A stretch of 64,000 bases of DNA from Candidatus Bathyarchaeota archaeon. Lineage in GTDB: Archaea; Thermoproteota; Bathyarchaeia; Bathyarchaeales; Bathycorpusculaceae. The first letter of the stretch is position 1. Every line of letters begins with the position of its first letter. A program made the position numbers and the translations under genes. Below the pieces are notes generated by a model. It saw only the letters and a list, made by a program, of their open reading frames with translations, ran no database searches and had not been told where the DNA came from. The DNA lies in assembly GCA_963833575.1 (NCBI GenBank), contig CAWHXY010000007.1, positions 352,001 to 416,000 on the forward strand. Reading direction: 5' to 3'. Shown here in pieces: positions 19,548 through 28,575 of this stretch.

Positions 19548-20540
19548 ATGAGGGAATTTTCAAAACCTGTTGTTGTAGTTTCCAAATGCATCACCTTTGA
19601 ACCTGTTAGATGGAATAGCCAAATAATAGCCAGCGAATTCGTGGAGAAACTTAAGCCATTTGTAAATTTTGTTCCCGTTTGTCCAGAAGTTGGAATAGGA
19701 CTTGGCGTACCCCGCGACCCTCTTAGGATAGTTTTAGTTAATGGAGAAAAAAGACTTTTGCAACCATCGACAGGTTTAGACTTTACAGATAAAATGAAAA
19801 AATTTTCGGAATCTCTCTTAGATTCTTTGGATGCAGTTGACGGGTTCATACTCAAGAGTGGATCTCCAAGCAGCGGTTTCAAAAACGTAAAAGTGTATCC
19901 GAGCATCGAAAAAGTCGCATCAATTGGCAAAAGCTCAGGATTCTTCGGAGAAGCAGTTCTTCAAAAGTTCCCTGATCTGGCAATCGAAGATGAGCGCCGC
20001 CTGCTTAACCCAAGGATAAGAGAACATTTTCTCATCAAACTATTTACTTTGGCCAGTTTCAGAGAGGCCAAAAAGTCAGGGAAAATTAGAGAGCTCGTCA
20101 AATTTCAATCCGATAACAAATACTTGCTTACGGCTTACAATCAGAAAGAGCTTAGAATCTTGGGAAAGTTGGCGGCTAACCAAGAGAACAAGACTTTTGA
20201 TCAAACAATAACAGAGTATGAAACTCACCTGCGTTATGCGTTAGCGCGTACTCCAAGTGTTGGTGCGAACATTAACGTCATGCTGAAGATTATGGGTTAT
20301 TTCTCTCATCAGCTTTCAAAGGATGAGAAATCTTTCTTCCTTAACTCTGTCGATAAGTACAAAGCAGGACGGCTACCATTGAGTGCATGCTTGAGTGTTT
20401 TGAAAGCTTGGATTGTGAGGTTCAAGCATGAATACTTATCGACTCAAACTGTGCTCGAACCTTATCCCGAACCGCTTATGGAGCTTGAACTGTTTTCTCA
20501 GAAGTCAATAGAAAAAACTACTGGAAAAAAGAAAACGTAA
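19548..20540 (+). CDS. DUF523 + DUF1722 (YbgA-family) protein
   Basis: VSKC, VRWN, PVCPEVGIGLGVPRDPLR, GFILKSGSPSS, EDERRL, IREHF, NKYLL, MGYFS, YLSTQ..LEPYP. Confidence 0.92.
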   Translation: MREFSKPVVVVSKCITFEPVRWNSQIIASEFVEKLKPFVNFVPVCPEVGIGLGVPRDPLRIVLVNGEKRLLQPSTGLDFTDKMKKFSESLLDSLDAVDGFILKSGSPSSGFKNVKVYPSIEKVASIGKSSGFFGEAVLQKFPDLAIEDERRLLNPRIREHFLIKLFTLASFREAKKSGKIRELVKFQSDNKYLLTAYNQKELRILGKLAANQENKTFDQTITEYETHLRYALARTPSVGANINVMLKIMGYFSHQLSKDEKSFFLNSVDKYKAGRLPLSACLSVLKAWIVRFKHEYLSTQTVLEPYPEPLMELELFSQKSIEKTTGKKKT

Positions 20541-20566
20541 ACACGTCTTAATGATAGGAAGCAAAA

Positions 20567-21499
20567 TTATGCAACTGAAGAAGCAACGTTATTTTTCAAA
20601 AAATTTTGCACTCGTTCGTCTGTAATTGCCAAGTTAATTGCTTTGATGGCGCTTTTTTCTTTATCTTTGATCTCTAACATTACATCGAAGTCGAAGCGTT
20701 CAGTCTGTTTCAAAAATACGTTAAAATTTTTCATGTTAATAGTCTCAGCGTGTTGCCCTGCTGCTCCAGTGGGTTCTTGAGAGCTATAGTCAACCATTGG
20801 AATTCCGTCTCTTTTTTCATCCCACGTTCTTGCGGCAAGCTTGAAAGACTCTTCTATTTTCTGTTTTCCCGAATTGTTCAGTCTGTGATGGAAAATATCG
20901 AAAAGAATAGGAACCTGGGCTTGTGCATTTATTTTAAGGCAGTCGTTCAAATCGTACGATTTGTCGTCATTCTCGATTACTAAACGCCGAAGTACTGAAT
21001 CATCAAGCATTCCGAATCTTGTCACAAATCGTTCAGCGCTTTTCTCTTTATCCTCGTAAACCCCGCCAACATGTATTTGAATTTTGGCCGAAGTATCAAG
21101 TTGTAATAAGTCTAATATTTCGGCGTGGTACTTGAGTTCCTTTTTGCTTCTTGCAAAAATGTCCTCTTTAATTGAATTAATCAGAGTAAACTGGTCGGGA
21201 TGCATTGAGATTCGCATTCTGTTTTTTGTAATGAACTCTCCAATTTCTTCAAACTCTTTTTCGAAATGCGTTTGCCAATTGAACTTATTTATCGGATGAG
21301 AAGCGAAAGGAACTATATCTGAAGAAATTCTAAAAAAGAATAATTTATGCTCAAGACTAAACTTCAAAATTCGTCGCAAGCAGTCAAGGTTATTCTTTAG
21401 TGAATATATAATGCGGGTTTCAGAGTAGGATTTTAGACGAAAAGTCGCATTTGCGTTGCAGTTAAGAGTTCTATTAATGCAAGGATAACCTATTCTCAC
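20567..21499 (-). CDS. uvsE: UV DNA damage endonuclease
   Basis: MRIGYPCIN, FFRISSDIVPFASHP, RISMHPDQF, IHVGG, LVIENDD, FDIFHH, MLEIKDKE. Confidence 0.96.
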   Translation of the reverse strand: MRIGYPCINRTLNCNANATFRLKSYSETRIIYSLKNNLDCLRRILKFSLEHKLFFFRISSDIVPFASHPINKFNWQTHFEKEFEEIGEFITKNRMRISMHPDQFTLINSIKEDIFARSKKELKYHAEILDLLQLDTSAKIQIHVGGVYEDKEKSAERFVTRFGMLDDSVLRRLVIENDDKSYDLNDCLKINAQAQVPILFDIFHHRLNNSGKQKIEESFKLAARTWDEKRDGIPMVDYSSQEPTGAAGQHAETINMKNFNVFLKQTERFDFDVMLEIKDKEKSAIKAINLAITDERVQNFLKNNVASSVA

Positions 21500-21621
21500 T
21501 ATTCATCCTCAACCTCAAATTAGATATATTCGTCCTTAAATCTCACTCCGGTTGTATTAATTGCTGAGAGTTCTGCTACGCGCGATGACTAGGCTAAAAA
21601 AGGAGCAGGAATAACTAATTA

Positions 21622-22107
21622 ATGGTGCCAGAAATGACAAAAGTTAAGCTGCCTAAGATGAAAGAAAGCGAGATTGAACAACTAATTAGAAATCAATTCC
21701 TTTGTCGAATAGCTTTCCTAGGTGATCAGCAGCCATATCTAGCTCCTTTTCAATACGTGGTAGTTAATGGCACTCTTTATTTTCATTTCACCGACTACGG
21801 GAAAAAAATGAGTTTTTTCCAGCAAGAAACACCAGTTTGCGTTGAGATTGAAAGATACACTCCAAATCTTAGCGAATACGGGTTTGTAGTGCTAACTGGA
21901 AAACTAAGATTGGTAGAGGATCTCGAGGAAAGAAAAATGGCTATAGAAAAGATGGCAGAAGTGGGTAAAAAGAAACTTTCACCGAACTTTCTGGTGGCTC
22001 ATGGCTTTTCCAAGGGCTCGGATTGGGGTGAATTTACCGCAAACAAACCGATCTTAATAATTAGGCTTGATGAAATATCTGAAAAAACAGGGCTCAAGTC
22101 ACCTTAG
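21622..22107 (+). CDS. Pyridoxamine-5'-phosphate-oxidase-like FMN-binding split-barrel protein (NimA-like)
   Basis: CRIAF...PYLAPFQY...LYFHF..YGKK...VCVEI. Confidence 0.85.
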   Translation: MVPEMTKVKLPKMKESEIEQLIRNQFLCRIAFLGDQQPYLAPFQYVVVNGTLYFHFTDYGKKMSFFQQETPVCVEIERYTPNLSEYGFVVLTGKLRLVEDLEERKMAIEKMAEVGKKKLSPNFLVAHGFSKGSDWGEFTANKPILIIRLDEISEKTGLKSP

Positions 22108-22187
22108 TTTTAACGGAAAAAATATTTAGAGAAGGTGCTAAAAACCAAAATAGTTTCAGGCACGGGCTTGATTTCGTAGACCAAGCT

Positions 22188-22703
22188 TCATAAAGTTTGT
22201 TCTATTTCAACTGCAACCTCGTTTCTTCGCAGGAATCCTGGGATGAATGGCGGATTGTAGAGCATAGTAAATACGTTTCCTTTTGTCTTGATTTTTCCTT
22301 CTGCCAGAGTTTTCAATAGTTCAATTGTTTCCTTTTCAAAATGGGCTTCTGACCAGCCGCCAGAAAAACATAATGCTGCAATTAGTCTTGCTGGAATTTC
22401 CACAATTTTTACATGGTTGTTCGAGGGTTCAGGGGTGGTTTCAAGAGTGTATTCTTTAGGCATTACAAAAGACATTGTGCCTGTTTCTGAGAGAACGGGT
22501 GAAGTCATTTCAATTCTTTGGGAAACTACTGGGGAAGTCATTTTCACTTTTGCTCTTTGCCTATTCTCTCCTGTTATGAACCTATAAAGAAAATTAAACG
22601 CATCTGATTCATCATCTACTCTGGCTACAATTATTTTCGGATAGCTGCGTATCTCGACTTTGCCTATTTCACGTATAATTTCATACTTTGTTGTTTCAAC
22701 CAT
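22188..22703 (-). CDS. SOUL heme-binding protein
   Basis: ETTKYEII, EIRSYP, AFNFLYRFITGEN, IEMTSPV, MSFVMP, YNPPF...RRNEV. Confidence 0.95.
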   Translation of the reverse strand: MVETTKYEIIREIGKVEIRSYPKIIVARVDDESDAFNFLYRFITGENRQRAKVKMTSPVVSQRIEMTSPVLSETGTMSFVMPKEYTLETTPEPSNNHVKIVEIPARLIAALCFSGGWSEAHFEKETIELLKTLAEGKIKTKGNVFTMLYNPPFIPGFLRRNEVAVEIEQTL

Positions 22704-22826
22704 ACTCTCACACTCATTTCGACAAGTTCTTCTTCAATTAATTTTCGCGATGTAACTTAATGAACGCGACTTTGCGGTGACTTAAGTCCCGATGATTACA
22801 TAGCAAAGTGTGTGGAACAGCGTTTA

Positions 22827-23612
22827 TCAGGCTATCTTCTTTCGGAAGACCATAATGCTTGCTCCAAGTGTTATTATGCCGATTATTATAATGGATATGA
22901 ACGCATATTCTATTTTTTGCCAAACAAAACCATTGATAATAAGTGATTGAAATGCCTGAGCGATATAAGTAAAAGGATTGGCTTTAGCTACTTGCTGCAC
23001 CCACGACGGCAATAAGCCCAGGGGCATTACTGCGGCAGACAAGAAGAGCAGCGGAAAAGTGGTGAGTAAACCAACCGACAAGGTGGTCTGTGAGCTTTTT
23101 GTAGTGAGAGCCACGAAAAGAGATATTCCTGACCATGCAAAACCGAAGGCCGCTGATATTAACAGCAGAATTAGGGTACCAAAGATGCCTGAAGCAATGT
23201 GTACGCCCAACGCCAGCCCTATGAGCAGAATTATAATGACCTGCAATACTGTGGTAATTGCATCGCTGAAGAGTTTGCCAAACAGAATTGAAGTCTTGTT
23301 TATGGGTGCTACCCGCATTTTATCCATGAAACCGCTGTCAAGATCATTAACCAAACCGATTCCCGCGCCCAATGCTGAAGAAGCTATAGTTTGAATGATC
23401 ACTGCTGCGGTGAAAAAAGTAATGTAACTACTTGTGCCTGTAAGCAACTTAAAAGTCGGAATTCCTCCTATGGCTGAAAAGGCTTGAGTGAATAGCAGAA
23501 ACCACACTAATGGCTGAATGAGCGAGAAGAAGATTAAGATCGGTTGACGCGTAAGCTTGGTGTTCCAGCGTTTGAATATGGCGTAAACTTCTGAAAGCAT
23601 CTCCATCTTCAA
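22827..23612 (-). CDS. ABC-2 type exporter permease (DrrB-like)
   Basis: Six TM segments; LIQPLVWFLLF, DLDSGFMDKMRVAP, PLLFLS, LPSW, NPFTY. Confidence 0.92.
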   Translation of the reverse strand: MKMEMLSEVYAIFKRWNTKLTRQPILIFFSLIQPLVWFLLFTQAFSAIGGIPTFKLLTGTSSYITFFTAAVIIQTIASSALGAGIGLVNDLDSGFMDKMRVAPINKTSILFGKLFSDAITTVLQVIIILLIGLALGVHIASGIFGTLILLLISAAFGFAWSGISLFVALTTKSSQTTLSVGLLTTFPLLFLSAAVMPLGLLPSWVQQVAKANPFTYIAQAFQSLIINGFVWQKIEYAFISIIIIGIITLGASIMVFRKKIA

Positions 23613-23614
23613 TT

Positions 23615-24787
23615 TTATCTACCCCTCCTTGTGCCTGTTCGTATGGCTTCTTTTCGTTCCACTACATTGAGCGTTTTTCCTGTGAGTTTAAGAAATACTT
23701 CGTCCAGGGTTGGCACAGAGAGGTTAAGTTGTTCCACAGAGATGTCTGCGCCATCCAAAACTCTTACCACCAGTGTAATTATGGCAGCGCCATTTTTCGC
23801 CATTAAGGTAAGTCCATTCTCTACCGCCAAGCCCATCCCACATTGACCTACTGCCTCAATGCCCTGAAGCTTAGACAACAAAACTTTAGCCTTCTCACAG
23901 CCGCTGAGATCGCTAGCTTTAAAACGAATGGTAATTGTGTCAGCGCCTACCTTTGCCTTCAATTCGTTGGGTGTGCCCTCCGCCACGATCTTTCCTTGGT
24001 CAACTATGCACAGTCGACTGGCAAGACGATCTGCCTCTTCCATATATTGTGTTGTAAGAAAAATTGTCATTCCTCTTCTGTTTAGTTCGACAACGTAGTC
24101 CCAGACGTCTTGGCGGCTTTGAGGATCCAAACCTGTCGTTGGCTCGTCTAAGAAGAGGATTTTCGGATCTGAAACAAGTGAAGATGCCAAGTCTAAGCGT
24201 TTTCGCATTCCTCCAGAAAATGTTTTTAATCTGCGATCTGCCGCTTCAATAAGCCTAACTGTCTCAAGCAGCGTCTCTACTTTTTTCTTAGCTTTATCTT
24301 TGGGGATGTGATGAAACTCACATTGCAAGAGCAAGTTCTCACGTGCTGTAAGGTCATCATCAACTCCTACGTCTTGGGAGGAGTAGCCAATAATGCGTCT
24401 CACCTTCGCCTGATCGGCATCCACATCCAGCCCATCAATTGTAGCTTTGCCTGAACTCTTTTCTAATAAAGTCGTAAGGATTTTTATTGTTGTACTTTTT
24501 CCTGCACCGTTAGGTCCAAGAAAACCAAATATTTCACCCTTATGCACTCGGAAGGAGATTCCGTCTACGGCTACAATATTCTTGCCATAGGTCTTTCGGA
24601 GATCCTCAACTACAACGATGTCGTCTGCATCTGGGGTAGCAAACTTAGATCCTAAATTGAGCGAGTTAACGTCCGAACTGCTCGCATTAGCCTTAATTTC
24701 TGGATGTATCGATTGTTCCAATTGAGTTTTTAACTCTAACTCATTTGAAAAACGGTTAACTATTCTTACGTTCATACTTGAATCCAC
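23615..24787 (-). CDS. ABC exporter ATP-binding protein (DrrA-like)
   Basis: GPNGAGKST, FSGGMRKRL, FLDEPTTGLDP, TTQYMEEAD, PTLDEVFLKLTG. Confidence 0.95.
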   Translation of the reverse strand: MDSSMNVRIVNRFSNELELKTQLEQSIHPEIKANASSSDVNSLNLGSKFATPDADDIVVVEDLRKTYGKNIVAVDGISFRVHKGEIFGFLGPNGAGKSTTIKILTTLLEKSSGKATIDGLDVDADQAKVRRIIGYSSQDVGVDDDLTARENLLLQCEFHHIPKDKAKKKVETLLETVRLIEAADRRLKTFSGGMRKRLDLASSLVSDPKILFLDEPTTGLDPQSRQDVWDYVVELNRRGMTIFLTTQYMEEADRLASRLCIVDQGKIVAEGTPNELKAKVGADTITIRFKASDLSGCEKAKVLLSKLQGIEAVGQCGMGLAVENGLTLMAKNGAAIITLVVRVLDGADISVEQLNLSVPTLDEVFLKLTGKTLNVVERKEAIRTGTRRGR

Positions 24788-24982
24788 ATCTATTTTGCTT
24801 TTCTATTTTCAATCATGTGCACTTACCTTACTTTGTGTTACGTTGCAGCAATTGATTCCACACTTTTCTTCTAATTTTCTTCGCGAGTTTCAAATTTTTT
24901 TAGTCTTTTCTTTTAAATTGCTCTATTATTTCTCTGTGCACAATTTTCTTCCTAAAAAAGGGGGAAAAGAATGTTTTAATGT

Positions 24983-25813
24983 CTAGAATGGCTTGAATAA
25001 ACCTACAAACACTAACCAAACCAGAAACGTTTTTGCGATGAAGCTAAGGATTATGTATTCTCTTTCACCGAACAAGTAGTCTTTCCATTTTCCGACGCCT
25101 TTATACTGCAGAACCTGGTTTACCGCGAAACTCATGAAAAGAATCAAGTATATTATGAATATCACGTAGACAAAATTTGGCACGCTATTTGCACTTGCTA
25201 TTATGTCTCCTGTGAAGTATGCGAAAAGAACAACCCATGGAAAGCCTCCCGAGATGCTGCCTAAAATGAAGGCGGACCAGTTTGTTTTTTCTGTTTTTTG
25301 GTTTATGAGTTCCATGAGGTAGCCGAACATTATCATCATTGCATTCAAGACAAATATCATTGCCAATGACCAGAAATCCCAGATTCCTACGAAAGTCGAG
25401 ATAACCCAGATCATTATCGAACTTGAAAGCGCATATTCGTACCATCTGTATTGGTTCATTCCTTTTTTCAGGTTCTCATTGTATGATTTGTTTTTTGGAA
25501 AAGCAACTAGGAAGTGGTCAACTGCGGAGATTAGCGGAAAAGCAGCTAGAAGCACCCCCAAATGACTAATTGTGAATAGCACTTGAGGGTTTGGGAATGC
25601 TGTAATCGCGGGATTTGTTGGGCTAACGTGCGAGAATTGAAGGTAAAAAGTGTAAATGCTCGTGCCAGCAGGCCACTTTAAAAGAAAAGTCAGCGACAGA
25701 ATAGCAATGCCGTTTATTAGTTGCAGAATACCTGCACCAATATTGAATTTCTTCAGATAGCTGAAAGATATTGGCGATTTAGCTATTATTTCCTGCCTTT
25801 CTTTGTAGTTCAT
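24983..25813 (-). CDS. heR: Heliorhodopsin
   Basis: Seven TM; KFN; SAVDHF; NQYRWYEYALSSSIM; FGYLME; LQYKGVGKWKDY; GEREYIILSFIAK (SxxxK retinal-binding Lys). Confidence 0.95.
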   Translation of the reverse strand: MNYKERQEIIAKSPISFSYLKKFNIGAGILQLINGIAILSLTFLLKWPAGTSIYTFYLQFSHVSPTNPAITAFPNPQVLFTISHLGVLLAAFPLISAVDHFLVAFPKNKSYNENLKKGMNQYRWYEYALSSSIMIWVISTFVGIWDFWSLAMIFVLNAMMIMFGYLMELINQKTEKTNWSAFILGSISGGFPWVVLFAYFTGDIIASANSVPNFVYVIFIIYLILFMSFAVNQVLQYKGVGKWKDYLFGEREYIILSFIAKTFLVWLVFVGLFKPF

Positions 25814-25871
25814 AGTTATTCTTCCTTTCTCCTATTTTTCTTTCGGTATTTTTGGTTAATTAAATTAACGG

Positions 25872-25886
25872 TTGCTTCTCATTTAA
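25872..25886 (-). promoter_or_regulatory. TATA-overlapping motif TTAAATrrrAAGCAA upstream of heliorhodopsin
   Basis: TTAAATGAGAAGCAA here; TTAAATAGAAAGCAA at 26391-26405; AAATAGAAAAGCAA at 24795-24808. Confidence 0.45.
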
Positions 25887-25936
25887 GTGCACGCTAGAAA
25901 TAAAATGGGAAAAAACAGAGTGATTTTCTAAGACTT

Positions 25937-26353
25937 TTACTTTGGCATGAGGACCTTGTCGATCACGTGGATTACGCCGTTGTCTGTGACAATGTCTGCT
26001 TTAATTACGTCAGCATCGTTTATCTTTACGGTCTTGTGAAGATGCCATTTGGAAGCGTCAATCTTGACTTCTTGTCCCTGAACAGTTTTTGCACTCTTGA
26101 GCTTTACAACATCTGCAGCCATGACTTTACCAGCGACGACGTGGTAGGTTAGAACTGCCGTCAATTTCGGGATGTCTTTTAGAAGACCGCCAACTGTGCC
26201 TTTTGGCAGTTTGGCGAAAGCTTCATCATTAGGCGCGAAGACTGTAAACGGTCCCTTGCTTTTTAGTGTGTCAACTAATCCTGCTGCAGTAACAGCTGCG
26301 ACAAGAGTTTTGAAGGAGCCTGCCGCAACTGCAGTATCAACTATATCAGCCAT
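25937..26353 (-). CDS. Fasciclin (FAS1) domain protein, no signal peptide
   Basis: [49 protein letters not shown]; GGAGGTGA RBS. Confidence 0.96.
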   Translation of the reverse strand: MADIVDTAVAAGSFKTLVAAVTAAGLVDTLKSKGPFTVFAPNDEAFAKLPKGTVGGLLKDIPKLTAVLTYHVVAGKVMAADVVKLKSAKTVQGQEVKIDASKWHLHKTVKINDADVIKADIVTDNGVIHVIDKVLMPK

Positions 26354-26680
26354 AAAAAATTCACCTCCGATCTCGCAATTTAGGTAATTTTTGCTTTCTA
26401 TTTAAAGAAATGTGACTGCTTAGCTACAGTAACAATTAGAGCTTTTTTTCTTGAGTGGCAGAAAAAAGGGAAGGGAAAAAGGATTTGGAAGTTTTGGCAT
26501 CTTCATGCGCGTTTGAAACGGCAGAATATGTAGTCACTATTTGTTGAGATTATCGACTTTTTGCACGATGAACCGCAAATAGTATCTGCAGTCTCTCAGG
26601 GTTTTGACAGAATAGCGCTTTGGTAGAAAAAGGATATAACAATAGAGTTAGATTTAACTAACAAAAAGTGTGAAATAAAT

Positions 26681-27802
26681 TTGTCTTTTGCAAGATATGT
26701 GTCAGTTAGAAAGTCCGTTCTTTTTATGATTGCAGGATTGATAGTCTTCCTTATTTATCTCTACTTTTACATTGGCATAAACCAAATCGAATTTGTCTTA
26801 AAAAATGTAAACTCTGCTCAATTTGCATTTTATTATTCAATCGCACTTGGTGCAGTTCTAGTTTCAGTATTTTTGTGGTCAGTAGCCTGGAACAGCATTC
26901 TTAGAGCTCTTTCGGTTCACGTCTCATATAGACGAGCTTACTTGTATTATTGGGTTAGCTATTTTACAGATTTAGTGGTTCCCTGCGCAACCGTATGCGG
27001 TGAATTAACCAGGCTATATTTGGTTCAAAAAGAGACACAGGAAAATTATGGCGCACTTGCGTCGGCAGCGGTGACAAACCGAATTGTAGCATATACAATA
27101 GTTACCATCGGATTATATGGTGGAGCAGTGCTGATATTTTTAAGGCCTACAGTCTCGCCAGCCATAGGAAATGTTTTCATCGTTTTTTTAGTCGGGGTAA
27201 CGATTTACATGGGAGTTCTTCTCTACTTAGCATTCTCTAAGAAAGCTGCCAAAAACCTCACTGCCATTTATCTCAAACTAATAAAGACGTTTAGACCAAA
27301 ACATTACTACCAATCCAAGATCGAAAGAACACAAAAATCACTTTCAGATTTTTATGACGGGTTCCACTCTTTTCGTGAGAAACCAAAATTGTTGATAAAA
27401 CCTTTTTTCTTTCACGCAATTTCATATAGCCTCGGACTAGCAGTCTACATCATGATTTTCTACGCATTAGGAATACCGTCATCAAATCCAGAATTTTATA
27501 TTGTTGTTTTCTTCATAGCCACAGCGGTCCAAGATGCCGCGGCCAGCTTCTCCGTTGGCTCATTAGAGATCCTTTTGGCCACAATTTTCTTACTTTACGG
27601 AATAAACCCAGGAATTAGTGGCATCTCCGCTGTAGTTTTAAGAAGTGCAGGCTTCTGGTTCCCATTACTTGTAGGGTTTGTTTGCGTGCAAATTGTAGGA
27701 GCAAAAAATTTACTTGCCGCCAAACCTGAAGATCTAAAAAGAAAAATAGAACTCACGGAAAAAGATAACGAAATGCAGCAAAAAAAGAAAATAAATCTCT
27801 AA
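26681..27802 (+). CDS. Flippase-like membrane protein (UPF0104/AglD2, LPG-synthase TM family)
   Basis: Multi-TM; W..IL, VPCATVCGELTR, NRIV, GSLE, LRSAGFW pattern. Confidence 0.8.
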   Translation: MSFARYVSVRKSVLFMIAGLIVFLIYLYFYIGINQIEFVLKNVNSAQFAFYYSIALGAVLVSVFLWSVAWNSILRALSVHVSYRRAYLYYWVSYFTDLVVPCATVCGELTRLYLVQKETQENYGALASAAVTNRIVAYTIVTIGLYGGAVLIFLRPTVSPAIGNVFIVFLVGVTIYMGVLLYLAFSKKAAKNLTAIYLKLIKTFRPKHYYQSKIERTQKSLSDFYDGFHSFREKPKLLIKPFFFHAISYSLGLAVYIMIFYALGIPSSNPEFYIVVFFIATAVQDAAASFSVGSLEILLATIFLLYGINPGISGISAVVLRSAGFWFPLLVGFVCVQIVGAKNLLAAKPEDLKRKIELTEKDNEMQQKKKINL

Positions 27803-27881
27803 ACAAAAAGAAACTTAAACAAAAACGGAAATTCTTACTTCAAACAAAAATCGGCGTTTAGTCAATCGATTTTGTTATTGA

Positions 27882-28394
27882 TTATGAGTATAAATGGGCC
27901 ATATTAACATCAAACTTTTCAATTTTGTCTTTTCTGCGCATAATAAAGATTATCAGAAAGCTACCCACCACTGCAACTATAACAACTATCAATAGATAAA
28001 TTGGAGATATTCCAGTCGAATTATTGCTGTCTTGGATTTCTGGGTTGGTCACATATGAGAATGTTACTTGAATTGGATTAGGCAGATCGTTCTCAAAGTT
28101 TAGGGTGTAGGTGCCTTTTTGTTGTGAAACGAAACCAAAGGTGGTTGGTTTGTCGATTATACCTAAGTTAATGATTATGGTTCCGTTGGGGGCACTTATG
28201 AAAAAGCGAACGCCGCCAGTGGTTGAGATTGAGCCATTAAATGTTGTGCCTTGAGGCAAAACATAAGGTAACTGTGATGACTCAGAGGAAAGAGTAAATG
28301 TTGGCACTGTAGTGGCGAACGCTGAAGAAAAAAACAATGACGTTAACAGAAAAAAAGCTAAAGTTACACAAATAACGTAGTGAGTTTTTTTCAT
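27882..28394 (-). CDS. Type I membrane protein with emp24/GOLD-like domain
   Basis: Signal peptide; FNGSIST..GVRFFISAPNGTII...FGFVSQQKGTYTLNFEN; C-terminal TM followed by RRK. Confidence 0.65.
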   Translation of the reverse strand: MKKTHYVICVTLAFFLLTSLFFSSAFATTVPTFTLSSESSQLPYVLPQGTTFNGSISTTGGVRFFISAPNGTIIINLGIIDKPTTFGFVSQQKGTYTLNFENDLPNPIQVTFSYVTNPEIQDSNNSTGISPIYLLIVVIVAVVGSFLIIFIMRRKDKIEKFDVNMAHLYS

Positions 28395-28575
28395 ATGCCT
28401 GACCAACAGATGCTTAAAAGTAAGACCCGAGGTTAATAACAATCTCGATAAAAAAAGAAAAAAAATAAACTAAGGCTACGTTCAAGCCACCGCGAAACAA
28501 AAGACAGTTGTAACAACTCCCATTAGGAAAATTAAGAATATCAGAAATTTTTTACCTTGATCTAAAAAAAAATTT

